From the NCBI GenBank assembly GCA_035515235.1, contig DATJBS010000012.1, positions 25,336 to 89,335 of the forward strand: a stretch of DNA of 64,000 nt. Direction: 5' to 3'. Of this stretch, positions 52,897 through 63,150 are shown one piece after another. Position numbers and translations under genes: made by a program. The notes below the pieces were generated by a model that searched no databases, was not told the DNA's origin, and worked only from the letters and a program-made list of their open reading frames with translations. Positions within the stretch are counted from its first letter, which is position 1. Each line of letters starts with the position of its first letter. The DNA comes from Chitinophagales bacterium. GTDB taxonomy: Bacteria > Bacteroidota > Bacteroidia > Chitinophagales > JADIYW01.

Positions 52897-54387
52897 ATGG
52901 GTACTATTGTCAAGCAGAGTAGTTTAGGGTTAATAGCAAATTACGCAGGCATCCTACTAGGCTTTGTCAATGTGATGCTCATCATGCCTTCAATTTTGCA
53001 AGCTGAACAAATTGGCTTGATCAATTTAATTTTGGCAGTAATTTTTATCGTATACCCAATTTTAGATTTTAGTGCTGCTCATATTATCAATCGATACTTC
53101 ACTCATGTAGAAAACAGACAGGAGATTTTCAATTATTCGTTTTTAATTTCTTGTGCTGGAGCTGTCGTTTTTGGATTCCTATTTTTACTCGCTAAACCGT
53201 TATTTATAGAATATTACCAAGAGAAATCTCCAGAAATCATTCCCTATTATTGGTTGATTTATGTGGCGTCTATTATGATGAGTTGGATAGGTTTAGTAGA
53301 AAATCTAGCTATAATCAATGGTAAATACCACATTAGCATTTTTTCCAAAGAAGTCTTGTTCCGAATAGGAATTTCTGTGATATTGATAGCTCTATCTTTA
53401 CATTTATTTGATTTCAACACTTATATTCTATTACATTTCTCAATGTATGGAATCTCTGGTTTGCTCATATTAACCTATTTAAAACGACAAGGTTATTTTC
53501 AATTTAGTAGAGCTTTTCCGAAGTTCAGTCCTCCTTTGAAGAAGAATATATTTCGATTTGGAGTTATTACTATTTTTTCTGGACTTGCAAGTGTCATCGC
53601 CACTCGAATAGATATGATTATGCTAGGGTCGATGGAAGGACTAAAAGATGTTGGAATCTATACTATTGCGATGTTTATGTCTGCTACAATCGAAGTACCT
53701 AGACGTGCCATTCTTCAATCTTCAGGACCCGTTATTAGAGTATTTTTCAAAGAGAACAATATTGAAAAAGTTGCTCAAATTCAGTACAAAACCATCATGA
53801 ATTTGTTGCTCATTGGAGGATTTATACTAACACTGATTTTGATAAATTTAGAATCTATATACACCATCATTCCAAATGGAAGCATTTATTCTAAAGGGAT
53901 GTGGGTTGTATTTTTTATAGGTTTGTCTAAGATTGTAGATATGATTGCGGGCAGTTCTGATGAAATCATTGTCTCATCGAAATACTATATTTATAATTTT
54001 GTATTCATTATCATTCTTACGATTATATCTGTCGGGTTCAACTATATTTTGATTCCTCTATATGGTCTTACAGGTGCTGCGATAGCTACTTTGATATCTA
54101 CCTCTTTGATAGTAATTATCAAGTCAATTGTTTTAGTATTTCTATTTAAGATAAAACCTTATAGTTTTAAAATGGTAGGCACTCTCCTATTTTATTTTGC
54201 TTTAGGCGGTTTGTTATTTTTAATGCCCGAGTTCATACATCCGATTATTTCTATTCTCATAAAAGGAAGTATTTGTAGTTTAATGTTGTATTTGTTTTTA
54301 AAATGGACGAAAATTTCTCCAGAAATGAATGAATTGATTAATCAAGTTTTGGCGCAAATCAAATTAGATAAGTGGTTGAAGCTTTAA
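52897..54387 (+). CDS. MOP-superfamily polysaccharide/oligosaccharide flippase (Wzx-like)
   Basis: 496 aa polytopic protein. Length and TM pattern are typical of polysaccharide biosynthesis flippases. Assigned by general resemblance only. Confidence 0.65.
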   Translation: MGTIVKQSSLGLIANYAGILLGFVNVMLIMPSILQAEQIGLINLILAVIFIVYPILDFSAAHIINRYFTHVENRQEIFNYSFLISCAGAVVFGFLFLLAKPLFIEYYQEKSPEIIPYYWLIYVASIMMSWIGLVENLAIINGKYHISIFSKEVLFRIGISVILIALSLHLFDFNTYILLHFSMYGISGLLILTYLKRQGYFQFSRAFPKFSPPLKKNIFRFGVITIFSGLASVIATRIDMIMLGSMEGLKDVGIYTIAMFMSATIEVPRRAILQSSGPVIRVFFKENNIEKVAQIQYKTIMNLLLIGGFILTLILINLESIYTIIPNGSIYSKGMWVVFFIGLSKIVDMIAGSSDEIIVSSKYYIYNFVFIIILTIISVGFNYILIPLYGLTGAAIATLISTSLIVIIKSIVLVFLFKIKPYSFKMVGTLLFYFALGGLLFLMPEFIHPIISILIKGSICSLMLYLFLKWTKISPEMNELINQVLAQIKLDKWLKL

Positions 54388-54392
54388 TTAAT

Positions 54393-54583
54393 TAGAGATT
54401 CTGAAACAATTCTGAACTAAATTCAGAATGATGTGGTTCTGAATGACAGAGCAGTTCGTTTTACCGGTAACGTCATTGCGGGCTTGTTCCGCAATCTATT
54501 GAGTATTACTTAGAGATTCTGTAATGATTAAATTCTGAAACAATTCTGAACTAAATTCAGAATGACGTGGTTCTGAATGACAG
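54393..54583. repeat. Stacked intergenic hairpin elements with a ~57-bp direct duplication
   Basis: tagagattctg...aaacaattctgaactaaattcagaatgaYgtggttctgaatgacag occurs at 54393..54449 and 54511..54583; the second copy has a 16-bp insert. Inner palindromes are ttctgaa/ttcagaa and attgcgg/ccgcaat. The region lies between convergent genes. Confidence 0.8.
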
Positions 54584-54619
54584 TTTTGGTACAGAATTCA
54601 GAATGACAATAATGCTAAG

Positions 54620-55390
54620 CTACTCATCTAGTTTGGCTAATTGCCACCATTTTCCCATATCCTTAATATTGACATCTGCAATACTTAAATTTTGAGTTGC
54701 AGCATGTTTTTCCATCCATTGAAATCTCTTCATGAATTTGATATTAGTCATTTCTAAAGATTTCTCTGCATCCAAATTCAAGAGTCTTGCATAATTAATA
54801 ACAGCAAATAAAACATCTCCCATTTCATTTTCTATCTCTACCGGATCATTTGATTTTACTGCTTCAGATAATTCACTGAGTTCTTCATGAATCTTATCGA
54901 CCACCTGAGAAGTTTCTTCCCAATCAAAACCAACTTGGCGGACTTTATCTTGTATCCTTTGCGCTTTGACCATAGATGGAAGTCCTTTTGGAACTCCTTC
55001 TAAAACAGATTTCTTGCCTTCTTTAAGTTTTAATTTCTCCCAATTCTGTTTTACCTCTTCTTCGCTAGAAACTTTTACGTCTCCATAAATATGTGGGTGT
55101 CTATAAATCAATTTCTCGCAAATTCCATTGAGTACATCTGCTATATCAAAGTCTTGAGTTTCAGAAGCTATTTTACTATAAAACACCATATGCAACATCA
55201 CATCACCTAATTCTTCTTGGACACCTTTAATGTCATTATTGATGATTGCATCCGAAAGTTCGTACGTTTCCTCAATCGTTAATTTCCTTAGAGAAGATAT
55301 CGTTTGTTTTTTATCCCATGGACACTTTTCTCTTAAGTCATCCATTACATTTAATAAGCGTTCAAAAGCTTTTAATCTTTCATCCATCAA
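54620..55390 (-). CDS. mazG: Nucleoside triphosphate pyrophosphohydrolase MazG
   Basis: 256 aa. Tandem MazG EExxE/D motifs (IEETYELSDAI, QEELGDVMLH, HEELSELSEA, ENEMGDVLF). Confidence 0.9.
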   Translation of the reverse strand: MMDERLKAFERLLNVMDDLREKCPWDKKQTISSLRKLTIEETYELSDAIINNDIKGVQEELGDVMLHMVFYSKIASETQDFDIADVLNGICEKLIYRHPHIYGDVKVSSEEEVKQNWEKLKLKEGKKSVLEGVPKGLPSMVKAQRIQDKVRQVGFDWEETSQVVDKIHEELSELSEAVKSNDPVEIENEMGDVLFAVINYARLLNLDAEKSLEMTNIKFMKRFQWMEKHAATQNLSIADVNIKDMGKWWQLAKLDE

Positions 55391-55424
55391 AAGAAGTTTG
55401 CACTAAAAATACTACATTAGTAGC

Positions 55425-55835
55425 ATGGATAAAAACATCAAACTCATTTATCAAGGGAATTACAACCCGGTCCATCAGTTTTTGATATTCATGGGTATTC
55501 ATTTAGTTGCATTTGCAAGCGCTTATATCTTTAACGTCAAGCCTAATAACGTTTGGGTGATTTTCCAAACGATCTTATTTCTATACGCTGCTTCATCAAT
55601 TGTCTCTGGATTATTTACTGAAAACGATGCAAAATTCTACTATCCTGCCATTATTATTTCTTTTATAATCTTCTTTTTTCTAGGCAAAAAACTTGCTTTG
55701 ATAGCTTCTAAAGTTCAGTTAGATGATTTAGTGTACATGAAGAATTTTGTCATTCTAAATGCTTTGTTTTTCTTTATGTTGATGCTCGCTTCCATGGTAT
55801 TTAGATGGGTCAAGCAGAAATTAGAAACGATGTAA
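55425..55835 (+). CDS. Hypothetical membrane protein
   Basis: 136 aa with about 4 hydrophobic helices. No family recognised. Confidence 0.55.
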   Translation: MDKNIKLIYQGNYNPVHQFLIFMGIHLVAFASAYIFNVKPNNVWVIFQTILFLYAASSIVSGLFTENDAKFYYPAIIISFIIFFFLGKKLALIASKVQLDDLVYMKNFVILNALFFFMLMLASMVFRWVKQKLETM

Positions 55836-55893
55836 GAACCGAATAGATCCTTTATTGTTATATTTCTAATTGCATCAGCAATTTTACCACACA

Positions 55894-57150
55894 ATGAATA
55901 GAGCTGCACTCCGAACTTTGATTTTTTTAGCAGTAATGTCTGTAGCAGGCATTATTTTCACGCAATTATATTGGGTCAAGAAATCATTAGATCTTCAAGA
56001 CAAACAGTTTGATCATAGAGTACACGTCGCTTTAAATTCTGTTTCTAATAAATTAATTTCAAATTCAAAAATAGAATTAGAAACTCTCAATAGAATCAGC
56101 AATAATTATTACACTTTAGATTTCACCTCTCAAGTAAAACCTAAGAATCTTGAAGAATATTTGGTGGTGGAATTTAGAAATCAAAGTTTGTTTGAACCCT
56201 TTGAATATGGGCTCTTTGATTGCAATACGGATACTTTAATTTTTGGAAAATTCATCCATTCATTAGATGTACAAAATATCGAAAACGTAAAAATTGATTT
56301 ACCGAGCAATGAAAACTATTATATAGCCATATTATTCCCTCGAAAAAAATCTTATTTCGCTGATGACTGGACAATTTTAGCTGTATTCTCAGTGGTGATA
56401 CTCATTGTTTTATTCTTCTTTACTTTTTCAATTATCACTATTCTAAAACAGAAACAGGTGGGAGAAGTAAAAAATGATTTTGTCAATAATATGACGCATG
56501 AATTTAAAACTCCTATTGCCACGATTGGTCTTGCTTCAGATGTATTAATGAGAGAAAATATTTACAATTTTCCCAAAAAAATAAATCATTATGCAAGAAT
56601 TATTTCTGAAGAAAATAAACGTTTAAAAAGCCAGGTAGATACCATCCTGCAAGTAGCATTAACAGATGCTAAGAAAATTGAATTGAAATTAGAAGTGCTT
56701 GATGTAGATGATATTATACTTCAAAATGCAGCTACTTTCTCTGTAAGAGCAAATGACAAGCAAGGTCATATTAGAACGAATTTACAAGCAGAAAATTCTC
56801 TAATTAATGGAGACAAAGTGCATATCACCAACATTTTATATAACTTACTAGACAATGCCTTGAAGTATTGCGATAAAATACCAGAGATTTTGATTAGCAC
56901 TAGAAATAAAGGTTCCTATTTAGAAATATCTATTGAAGATAATGGGAAAGGAATTGAATCTGAAGATATTGATCAAATCTTCGACAAATTTTATCGAGTA
57001 AGTAGCGGAAACAGGCACGATGTCAAAGGTTTTGGTATAGGCTTGTTTTACGTTAAAAATATGGTTAAAATGCACAAAGGAGATATTACTCTAAAAAGCA
57101 AATTAGGCGAAGGCACAACATTTTACATTACAATACCAATTATAAAATAA
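55894..57150 (+). CDS. Sensor histidine kinase (classical, membrane-bound)
   Basis: H-box NNMTHEFKTPIATI, N-box LLDNALKY, G-boxes DNGKGI and GFGIGL, two TM segments. ATG at 55894 preferred over the TTG at 55870. Confidence 0.88.
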   Translation: MNRAALRTLIFLAVMSVAGIIFTQLYWVKKSLDLQDKQFDHRVHVALNSVSNKLISNSKIELETLNRISNNYYTLDFTSQVKPKNLEEYLVVEFRNQSLFEPFEYGLFDCNTDTLIFGKFIHSLDVQNIENVKIDLPSNENYYIAILFPRKKSYFADDWTILAVFSVVILIVLFFFTFSIITILKQKQVGEVKNDFVNNMTHEFKTPIATIGLASDVLMRENIYNFPKKINHYARIISEENKRLKSQVDTILQVALTDAKKIELKLEVLDVDDIILQNAATFSVRANDKQGHIRTNLQAENSLINGDKVHITNILYNLLDNALKYCDKIPEILISTRNKGSYLEISIEDNGKGIESEDIDQIFDKFYRVSSGNRHDVKGFGIGLFYVKNMVKMHKGDITLKSKLGEGTTFYITIPIIK

Positions 57151-57155
57151 TCCAA

Positions 57156-57854
57156 ATGGCAAAGAAGTTATTATTAGTAGAAGATGACCCGAACTTAGGA
57201 TTTATTGTAAAAGATAATTTAGAAGACAGAGGTTTTGAAGTGGTGCATTGTGAAGATGGCAAACAAGCAGATGACCTATTATATAAAGAGACTTTTGACT
57301 TATTACTGCTAGATGTGATGATGCCCAAAAAAGATGGGTTTACGCTTGCAGAAGACATAAGAGCTAGAAATATAGAAACGCCTATTATTTTCATGACTGC
57401 CCGTGAGATGATTGAAGATAAAATCCGTGGATTCAAAGCAGGTGCTGATGATTATATCACCAAACCTTTTGATTTTGAAGAATTATACATGCGTATTGAA
57501 GCAGTATTAAAAAGGAAAAGTGTTCAAGAAGCCATCGCTCCTCCTTTGAGTAGTGAGTATAATATTGGAACTTTTAAATTAATCGCTCCAGAATTAAAAT
57601 TGATCGATCATAACAATACTGTGTATACTTTAACTAAAAAAGAAGCAGGATTGTTAGAATACTTAGCTCGATATGCTAATCAACCGATTAAAAGAGAGGA
57701 AATCTTGAGATCTATCTGGAATGACGACAGTTATTTCGCAGGAAGAAGTATGGATGTATATATTACCAAATTGAGAAAATACTTAAAATCTGATCCGAAT
57801 ATTGAAATTCAGAACGTACATGGAGTAGGTTTTAAATTAAATGTCACTCAATAA
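57156..57854 (+). CDS. OmpR/PhoB-type response regulator
   Basis: 232 aa. REC (LLLVEDD, DLLLLDVMMPKKDG, IIFMTA, KP) plus a winged-helix C-terminus (...YITKLRKYL...VHGVGFKL). Confidence 0.92.
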   Translation: MAKKLLLVEDDPNLGFIVKDNLEDRGFEVVHCEDGKQADDLLYKETFDLLLLDVMMPKKDGFTLAEDIRARNIETPIIFMTAREMIEDKIRGFKAGADDYITKPFDFEELYMRIEAVLKRKSVQEAIAPPLSSEYNIGTFKLIAPELKLIDHNNTVYTLTKKEAGLLEYLARYANQPIKREEILRSIWNDDSYFAGRSMDVYITKLRKYLKSDPNIEIQNVHGVGFKLNVTQ

Positions 57855-57941
57855 ATTTCAATCAAGATATAATAACATTGTTCTCCAAGAGTTTGTACAG
57901 AATAGGAGTAATTTTACGAGAATAAATGGACAGAGGACAAA

Positions 57942-58910
57942 ATGAAAGTTTCCGATCTTAAAGCCCCAATTGATGAAGAGCTGCGCATTTTTGAAAAGAA
58001 ATTTCGAGAAGCTATGCGTAGCGACGTTGCCTTATTGGACAAAGTCACTTACTATATTTATCAAAGAAAGGGAAAACAAGTCCGACCGATGTTTATTTTC
58101 CTTGCTGCAAAAATGTGCGGTGGAGTTACAGAAGCCACTTATACAGGTGCTTCACTCATCGAGCTTTTACATACTGCAACTTTAGTCCACGATGATGTCG
58201 TAGATGATGCCAATGAAAGAAGAGGTTTCTTTTCAATTAATGCATTATGGAAAAATAAAATTGCTGTTTTAGTTGGTGATTATTTATTATCTAAAGGTCT
58301 ACTACTATCATTAGAGCATGGTCAATATCACCTCTTACATATAGTTTCCAATGCAGTCAAATCCATGAGTGAAGGAGAGCTACTTCAAATGGAGAAAGCT
58401 CGTAAATTGGATATTACTGAAGAAATTTACTTCCAAATCATCACTAATAAAACCGCTTCATTGATAGCTGCCGCTTGCGCTACAGGTGCAGCTTCCACTA
58501 CGAATGACAAGGAATTAATAGAGAAAATGCGTTTGATGGGAGAATATATTGGTATCGCTTTTCAGATTAAAGATGATTTATTCGATTACGGAGAAACAGA
58601 TATTGGCAAACCGAGAGGAATAGATATTAAAGAGAGAAAAATGACTTTGCCTCTCATCTACACTTTAAATCAAGTCAATAAAAAAGATAAGAAGTGGATT
58701 ATCAATATTGTCAAAAATTATAATGAAGACAAAGCTAAAGTGCAAGAATTAATTGAGTTTGTAAAAGCAAAAGGTGGAATTCAATACACGATAGACACCA
58801 TGAACTTATACAAACAAAAAGCTTTTGAAATTATTGATACTATTGAAGATTCGGAAGCTAAAGAAGGATTAGTAGATTTAGTGAATTATATAACAGAGCG
58901 GAATTATTAG
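57942..58910 (+). CDS. Polyprenyl diphosphate synthase (IspB-like)
   Basis: 322 aa. First DDxxD in LVHDDVVDD and second in FQIKDDLFDY. Confidence 0.88.
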   Translation: MKVSDLKAPIDEELRIFEKKFREAMRSDVALLDKVTYYIYQRKGKQVRPMFIFLAAKMCGGVTEATYTGASLIELLHTATLVHDDVVDDANERRGFFSINALWKNKIAVLVGDYLLSKGLLLSLEHGQYHLLHIVSNAVKSMSEGELLQMEKARKLDITEEIYFQIITNKTASLIAAACATGAASTTNDKELIEKMRLMGEYIGIAFQIKDDLFDYGETDIGKPRGIDIKERKMTLPLIYTLNQVNKKDKKWIINIVKNYNEDKAKVQELIEFVKAKGGIQYTIDTMNLYKQKAFEIIDTIEDSEAKEGLVDLVNYITERNY

Positions 58911-58911
58911 A

Positions 58912-59913
58912 GTGGCTTTTCAGATTCATAAAAATGATAAAATCAATACACAATGGTGGATTCTAATTTTAGGATTAGTCATTATGGCTGGAAAATTTTA
59001 TGCATTTTATCTGACCAAATCTAATACCATTTTATCCGATGCCCTAGAGAGCATAGTCAATATTATCGCAGGTAGCTTAGGGCTTTATAGCTTATATTTA
59101 TCTAGCAAACCTAGAGACTTCGACCACCCTTACGGTCATGGAAAAGTAGAGTTCATCACTTCTGCAATAGAAGGCACCATGATTATCGTAGCTGGAGGAA
59201 TGATTATCTATAAATCCATTTACTCTTTCATTCATCCTCAGCTGATTCAAGAATTAGGTATAGGAATTATTTTAATCAGTATTTCAGGTATCGTCAATTA
59301 TATATTAGGAACAATTGCTGTCAAAAAAGGTAAAAAGAAACACTCTTTAGCATTAGAATCTAGCGGTGTACATCTCAAAACAGATGCATATACGACATTG
59401 GGAATTATTGTTGGACTTTTGGTCATCTATGTCACAAAATTGGACATTTTAGATAATATCATAGCTTTTGTAATTGCATTATTTATTATTTATCATGGAT
59501 ATAGAATTGTAAAAAAATCTATCGGTGGTATTATGGATGAAGCTGATTTTCAATTGAATGAACACGTCATCCAACATTTAGAAGAAAACAGAAAACCTGA
59601 ATGGATAGATGTACATAATTTCAGAATCATTAAGTACGGAGAAGTCATTCATATTGATTGTCACATGACGATGCCGTGGTATTATTCACTACAAGAATCC
59701 CATGACAGCATGAAGCTCTTTGAAGAATGCTTGCAAAATTCTGTCTCCAATCCTGTAGAAACTTTTATACATATCGACCCTTGTGTTCCGAGGTCTTGTA
59801 AAATATGTCAAGTTCAAAACTGTCCCGAAAGGCAATTTAAGTTTGAACATAAAATCATTTGGAAATTAGACAATATCACTAAAAACCAAAAGCATCATTA
59901 TTCAAAATTCTAA
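58912..59913 (+). CDS. Cation diffusion facilitator (CDF) family transporter
   Basis: 333 aa with a GTG start. 6-TM N-domain with ILSDALESIVN and HPYGHGKVEF blocks, plus a cytoplasmic C-domain. Confidence 0.8.
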   Translation: MAFQIHKNDKINTQWWILILGLVIMAGKFYAFYLTKSNTILSDALESIVNIIAGSLGLYSLYLSSKPRDFDHPYGHGKVEFITSAIEGTMIIVAGGMIIYKSIYSFIHPQLIQELGIGIILISISGIVNYILGTIAVKKGKKKHSLALESSGVHLKTDAYTTLGIIVGLLVIYVTKLDILDNIIAFVIALFIIYHGYRIVKKSIGGIMDEADFQLNEHVIQHLEENRKPEWIDVHNFRIIKYGEVIHIDCHMTMPWYYSLQESHDSMKLFEECLQNSVSNPVETFIHIDPCVPRSCKICQVQNCPERQFKFEHKIIWKLDNITKNQKHHYSKF

Positions 59914-60053
59914 CTTCTATCTGAAAATACGATTAAGGTTCTTCTAGAATTCCAAATTTTTATAAGTTATTTAATATTCGGCTCTAACTATAATACATGT
60001 AATTATCTATCTTTAAGAGATTTCGAAAACCTTACATAAAAAGTGCATTCTCA

Positions 60054-62354
60054 ATGATTTTTGCTATAATATCTTGTTTTATACTGTCAATTTTCATACT
60101 ATGCTTTGGGGTTCATCTTAAAAATATTGCTTTTAAATACTTAGCTGTATTTCCTTTTTCACTCTTTTTATTTTTCGCATCTTTTATTTCTAGCAAAGTA
60201 GTAGATGATGGATTCTTAATCAAACAAGAATGGATTCCTTCGTTGGGTGTCTCTTTAGACTTTCAATTAGATGGACTGTCATTACTTTTCACTTTATTGA
60301 TTACAGGAATTGGAACCTTTATTTTCCTTTACGCTTCCTCCTATTTGAAAGGACATGAATTCATCAATAGGTTTTATACTTACCTGACCATGTTCATGGG
60401 TTCCATGCTCGGATTAGTGTTATCGGATAATCTATTGACTTTATTTATCTTTTGGGAACTGACGAGTATCACTTCTTTTTTCTTAATTGGCTTTGATAAT
60501 AACAATGAAGAAGCTAGAAAAAGCGCCTTATTATCCTTAGGAATAACAGGATTAGGAGGTTTCTTTTTATTAACTGGAATAATAGGTTTGGGAGTCGTTG
60601 CAGAGACTTATTCTATACATGAATTGATTGCTCAAAAGAAACTTATCTTAAACAATCCACTCTATATCTATATTGTCATTCTGATATTTATTGGCGCATT
60701 TACTAAATCTGCACAATTCCCTTTCCACTTTTGGCTTCCAAGTGCCATGAAAGCTCCCACTCCTGTATCTGCATATTTGCATTCGGCGACGATGGTAAAA
60801 GCAGGAATTTATTTGATAGCAAGACTAAGTCCATCGTTAGGTGGAACTGATATTTGGAATATTACCTTGATTGTTGTCGGAGGTTTCACCATGCTTTATG
60901 CAGCATTCCATTCCATATTTAAAACAGATTTAAAAGGAATTTTAGCCTATTCTACTATTGCATCTTTGGGAATGATGGTCTTTCTTTTAGGCTTAAATAA
61001 TCCATATTCTATACAAGCTGTATCCACTTTTATATTGGTGCACGCATTGTACAAGGCAGCATTATTCATGACTACGGGAGCGATAGACCACAGTATACAT
61101 ACTAGAGATATCACCAAATTATATGGATTAAAAAAGATTTTGCCTTTTGTAGGAATCGCTGGCGTTTTAGCAGCATTATCTAATGCAGGAATCCCATTAT
61201 CTTTTGGTTTTATAGGAAAAGATTTGATTTACGAATCTACTTTGCATTCGTTCGAGAATTATGCTTTTCTATTGACAGGAATTGCAGTCGTGACTAATAT
61301 TCTATTATTATATTCTGGATTTCTTGCAGGAATAAAACCTTTTACTGGAAATTATAAAAATCAATATAAAAAATTCCAAGCTCCTGATTTTTGGTTATAC
61401 GCTCCTGCTTTAATATTGGGAATATTAGGAATTGTATTTGGAGTATTTCCACATTTAGCTCAAACATTATTGATTCAACCTACTGCAAATGTTATAGCAG
61501 GAAGTCCTATTGCTATGAATTTAAAAATCTTTCATGGCTGGAATATCGTAATAGCTTTAAGTGCAGCGACGATTATTTCAGGAATTATTTTATACCTTTT
61601 GCTAAAGCCTACTCATAAAAAAGAAAGCTTTGTCCATAAATTTGAAGCAGTTTCGCCTCAATCCATTTCTAAAAAAGGAATTGATTATATAAAATTATTC
61701 GCCTACCATTATACCAAAACATTGCACAATGGATATCTAAGGATATACCTACTAGTCATCATAGCTTTTATGACACTGATTGTCGGTTTTAGGTTATTAA
61801 CTCTAGTTCCATTACAAATTAATACAGATGATTTATCAGAATTCCGTCTCTACGAATTGGTTGTATTCTTTGCTGTGGTCATAGCGACTATAACTGCTGT
61901 AGTAACACATTCTAGGCTGACTGCTATCGCTAGTTTAGGAATTATTGGTTTCTGTATCAGCTTAATTTTCGTTTTTTATGGAGCACCCGATTTAGCAATG
62001 ACTCAATTTACTATTGATACATTGACAGTAGTACTTTTTGTATTGGTATTATTCAAACTACCAGGTTATATCAGAAAGAGTAAGCGAGTCATTCAAATTA
62101 GAGATGCTATTGTTTCCGGAGCTTTTGGAACTCTGATTGCTTTGATTACTCTGCAAGCATTAGTCTCTCCAGCAAGCAAAGATATCAGTATGTTTTACGC
62201 TCGAAATGCTTATATTTTAGCTAAAGGTAAAAATGTGGTCAATGTCATTTTAGTTGACTTTAGAGGTTTTGATACTTTAGTGGAAACGATCGTATTATCC
62301 ATAGCTGCGATAGGCGTATATGGACTGCTCAAATTTAAGTTCACACCTAAATAA
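60054..62354 (+). CDS. mrpA: Na+/H+ antiporter subunit A (MrpA/MnhA, with fused MnhB-like C-terminus)
   Basis: 766 aa. NuoL-like blocks (FWELTSITSFFLIGF, SAQFPFHFWLPSAMKAPTPVSAYLHSATMVKAG). First gene of an mrp-type cluster. Confidence 0.88.
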   Translation: MIFAIISCFILSIFILCFGVHLKNIAFKYLAVFPFSLFLFFASFISSKVVDDGFLIKQEWIPSLGVSLDFQLDGLSLLFTLLITGIGTFIFLYASSYLKGHEFINRFYTYLTMFMGSMLGLVLSDNLLTLFIFWELTSITSFFLIGFDNNNEEARKSALLSLGITGLGGFFLLTGIIGLGVVAETYSIHELIAQKKLILNNPLYIYIVILIFIGAFTKSAQFPFHFWLPSAMKAPTPVSAYLHSATMVKAGIYLIARLSPSLGGTDIWNITLIVVGGFTMLYAAFHSIFKTDLKGILAYSTIASLGMMVFLLGLNNPYSIQAVSTFILVHALYKAALFMTTGAIDHSIHTRDITKLYGLKKILPFVGIAGVLAALSNAGIPLSFGFIGKDLIYESTLHSFENYAFLLTGIAVVTNILLLYSGFLAGIKPFTGNYKNQYKKFQAPDFWLYAPALILGILGIVFGVFPHLAQTLLIQPTANVIAGSPIAMNLKIFHGWNIVIALSAATIISGIILYLLLKPTHKKESFVHKFEAVSPQSISKKGIDYIKLFAYHYTKTLHNGYLRIYLLVIIAFMTLIVGFRLLTLVPLQINTDDLSEFRLYELVVFFAVVIATITAVVTHSRLTAIASLGIIGFCISLIFVFYGAPDLAMTQFTIDTLTVVLFVLVLFKLPGYIRKSKRVIQIRDAIVSGAFGTLIALITLQALVSPASKDISMFYARNAYILAKGKNVVNVILVDFRGFDTLVETIVLSIAAIGVYGLLKFKFTPK

Positions 62355-62386
62355 AGTAAAATTGAATAGTTAAAAATTGAAAACTT

Positions 62387-62797
62387 ATGAAATCTATTAT
62401 ACTTAAAACTGCTACTACTTACCTTCTGCCTTTATTGCTGTTATTCTCCATATTTATTTTATTGAGAGGACATTATAACTCAGGTGGGGGATTTGTAGGC
62501 GGCCTAATTACTTCCATTGCGTTTGTTTTATACTCTTTTGCAAATGATATCCAAAGCGCAAAATCTATGTTCAAATATGTTCCTGGATTTTTAATTCCTA
62601 CTGGATTAACTCTGTCCGTTTTAAGTGGTTTTTTTCCACTGCTTTTGGGCAAACCTTTTTTAACGAGTATATGGTATCCTGAAACCATAGGTATTATTGG
62701 TTCTTTAGGAACTACTTTATTTTTTGATATAGGTGTTTATTTTGTAGTAATTGGAGTGACTTTAACCATTTTATTCACGATTTCTGAGAGTCTTTAA
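62387..62797 (+). CDS. mrpB: Na+/H+ antiporter subunit B (MrpB/MnhB)
   Basis: 136 aa. LLRGHYNSGGGFVGGL block and position in the cluster. Confidence 0.8.
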   Translation: MKSIILKTATTYLLPLLLLFSIFILLRGHYNSGGGFVGGLITSIAFVLYSFANDIQSAKSMFKYVPGFLIPTGLTLSVLSGFFPLLLGKPFLTSIWYPETIGIIGSLGTTLFFDIGVYFVVIGVTLTILFTISESL

Positions 62798-63150
62798 TGG
62801 AATTATTACTAGTATTTTTAATTGGTCTTTTATATTCTTCAGGGATTTACCTGATGTTTCGAAGAAGTATGGTGAAATTACTTCTAGGACTTTCGCTTTT
62901 AGGAAATGGTGCTAATATGTTGATTTTCTTAATGGGCGAATTAGTCAAAGGAGAACCGCCAATTATAGGAAAATCGGTTTCCATGTTTACAGGAGCTTAT
63001 GCTGATCCTGTTCCTCAATCATTGATTCTTACTGCGATTGTCATCAGTTTTGGACTACAATCATTTGCTATTATTCTTCTAAAAAAAGTATACGCTATTA
63101 CTGGTTCGGATGATTTGGATTATTTAAACGTTCAAGACCAAGACATATGA
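62797..63150 (+). CDS. mrpC: Na+/H+ antiporter subunit C (MrpC/MnhC, NuoK-like)
   Basis: 117 aa, 3 TM, DPVPQSLILTAIVISF block. Confidence 0.8.
   Translation: MELLLVFLIGLLYSSGIYLMFRRSMVKLLLGLSLLGNGANMLIFLMGELVKGEPPIIGKSVSMFTGAYADPVPQSLILTAIVISFGLQSFAIILLKKVYAITGSDDLDYLNVQDQDI

Noticed and set aside
55894-57854. The second HK/RR pair as part of a defence or novel system.
   Set aside because: It is a canonical membrane sensor kinase plus an OmpR/PhoB winged-helix regulator in a housekeeping neighbourhood (mazG, ispB-like, CDF). Nothing is unusual in its motifs or context.
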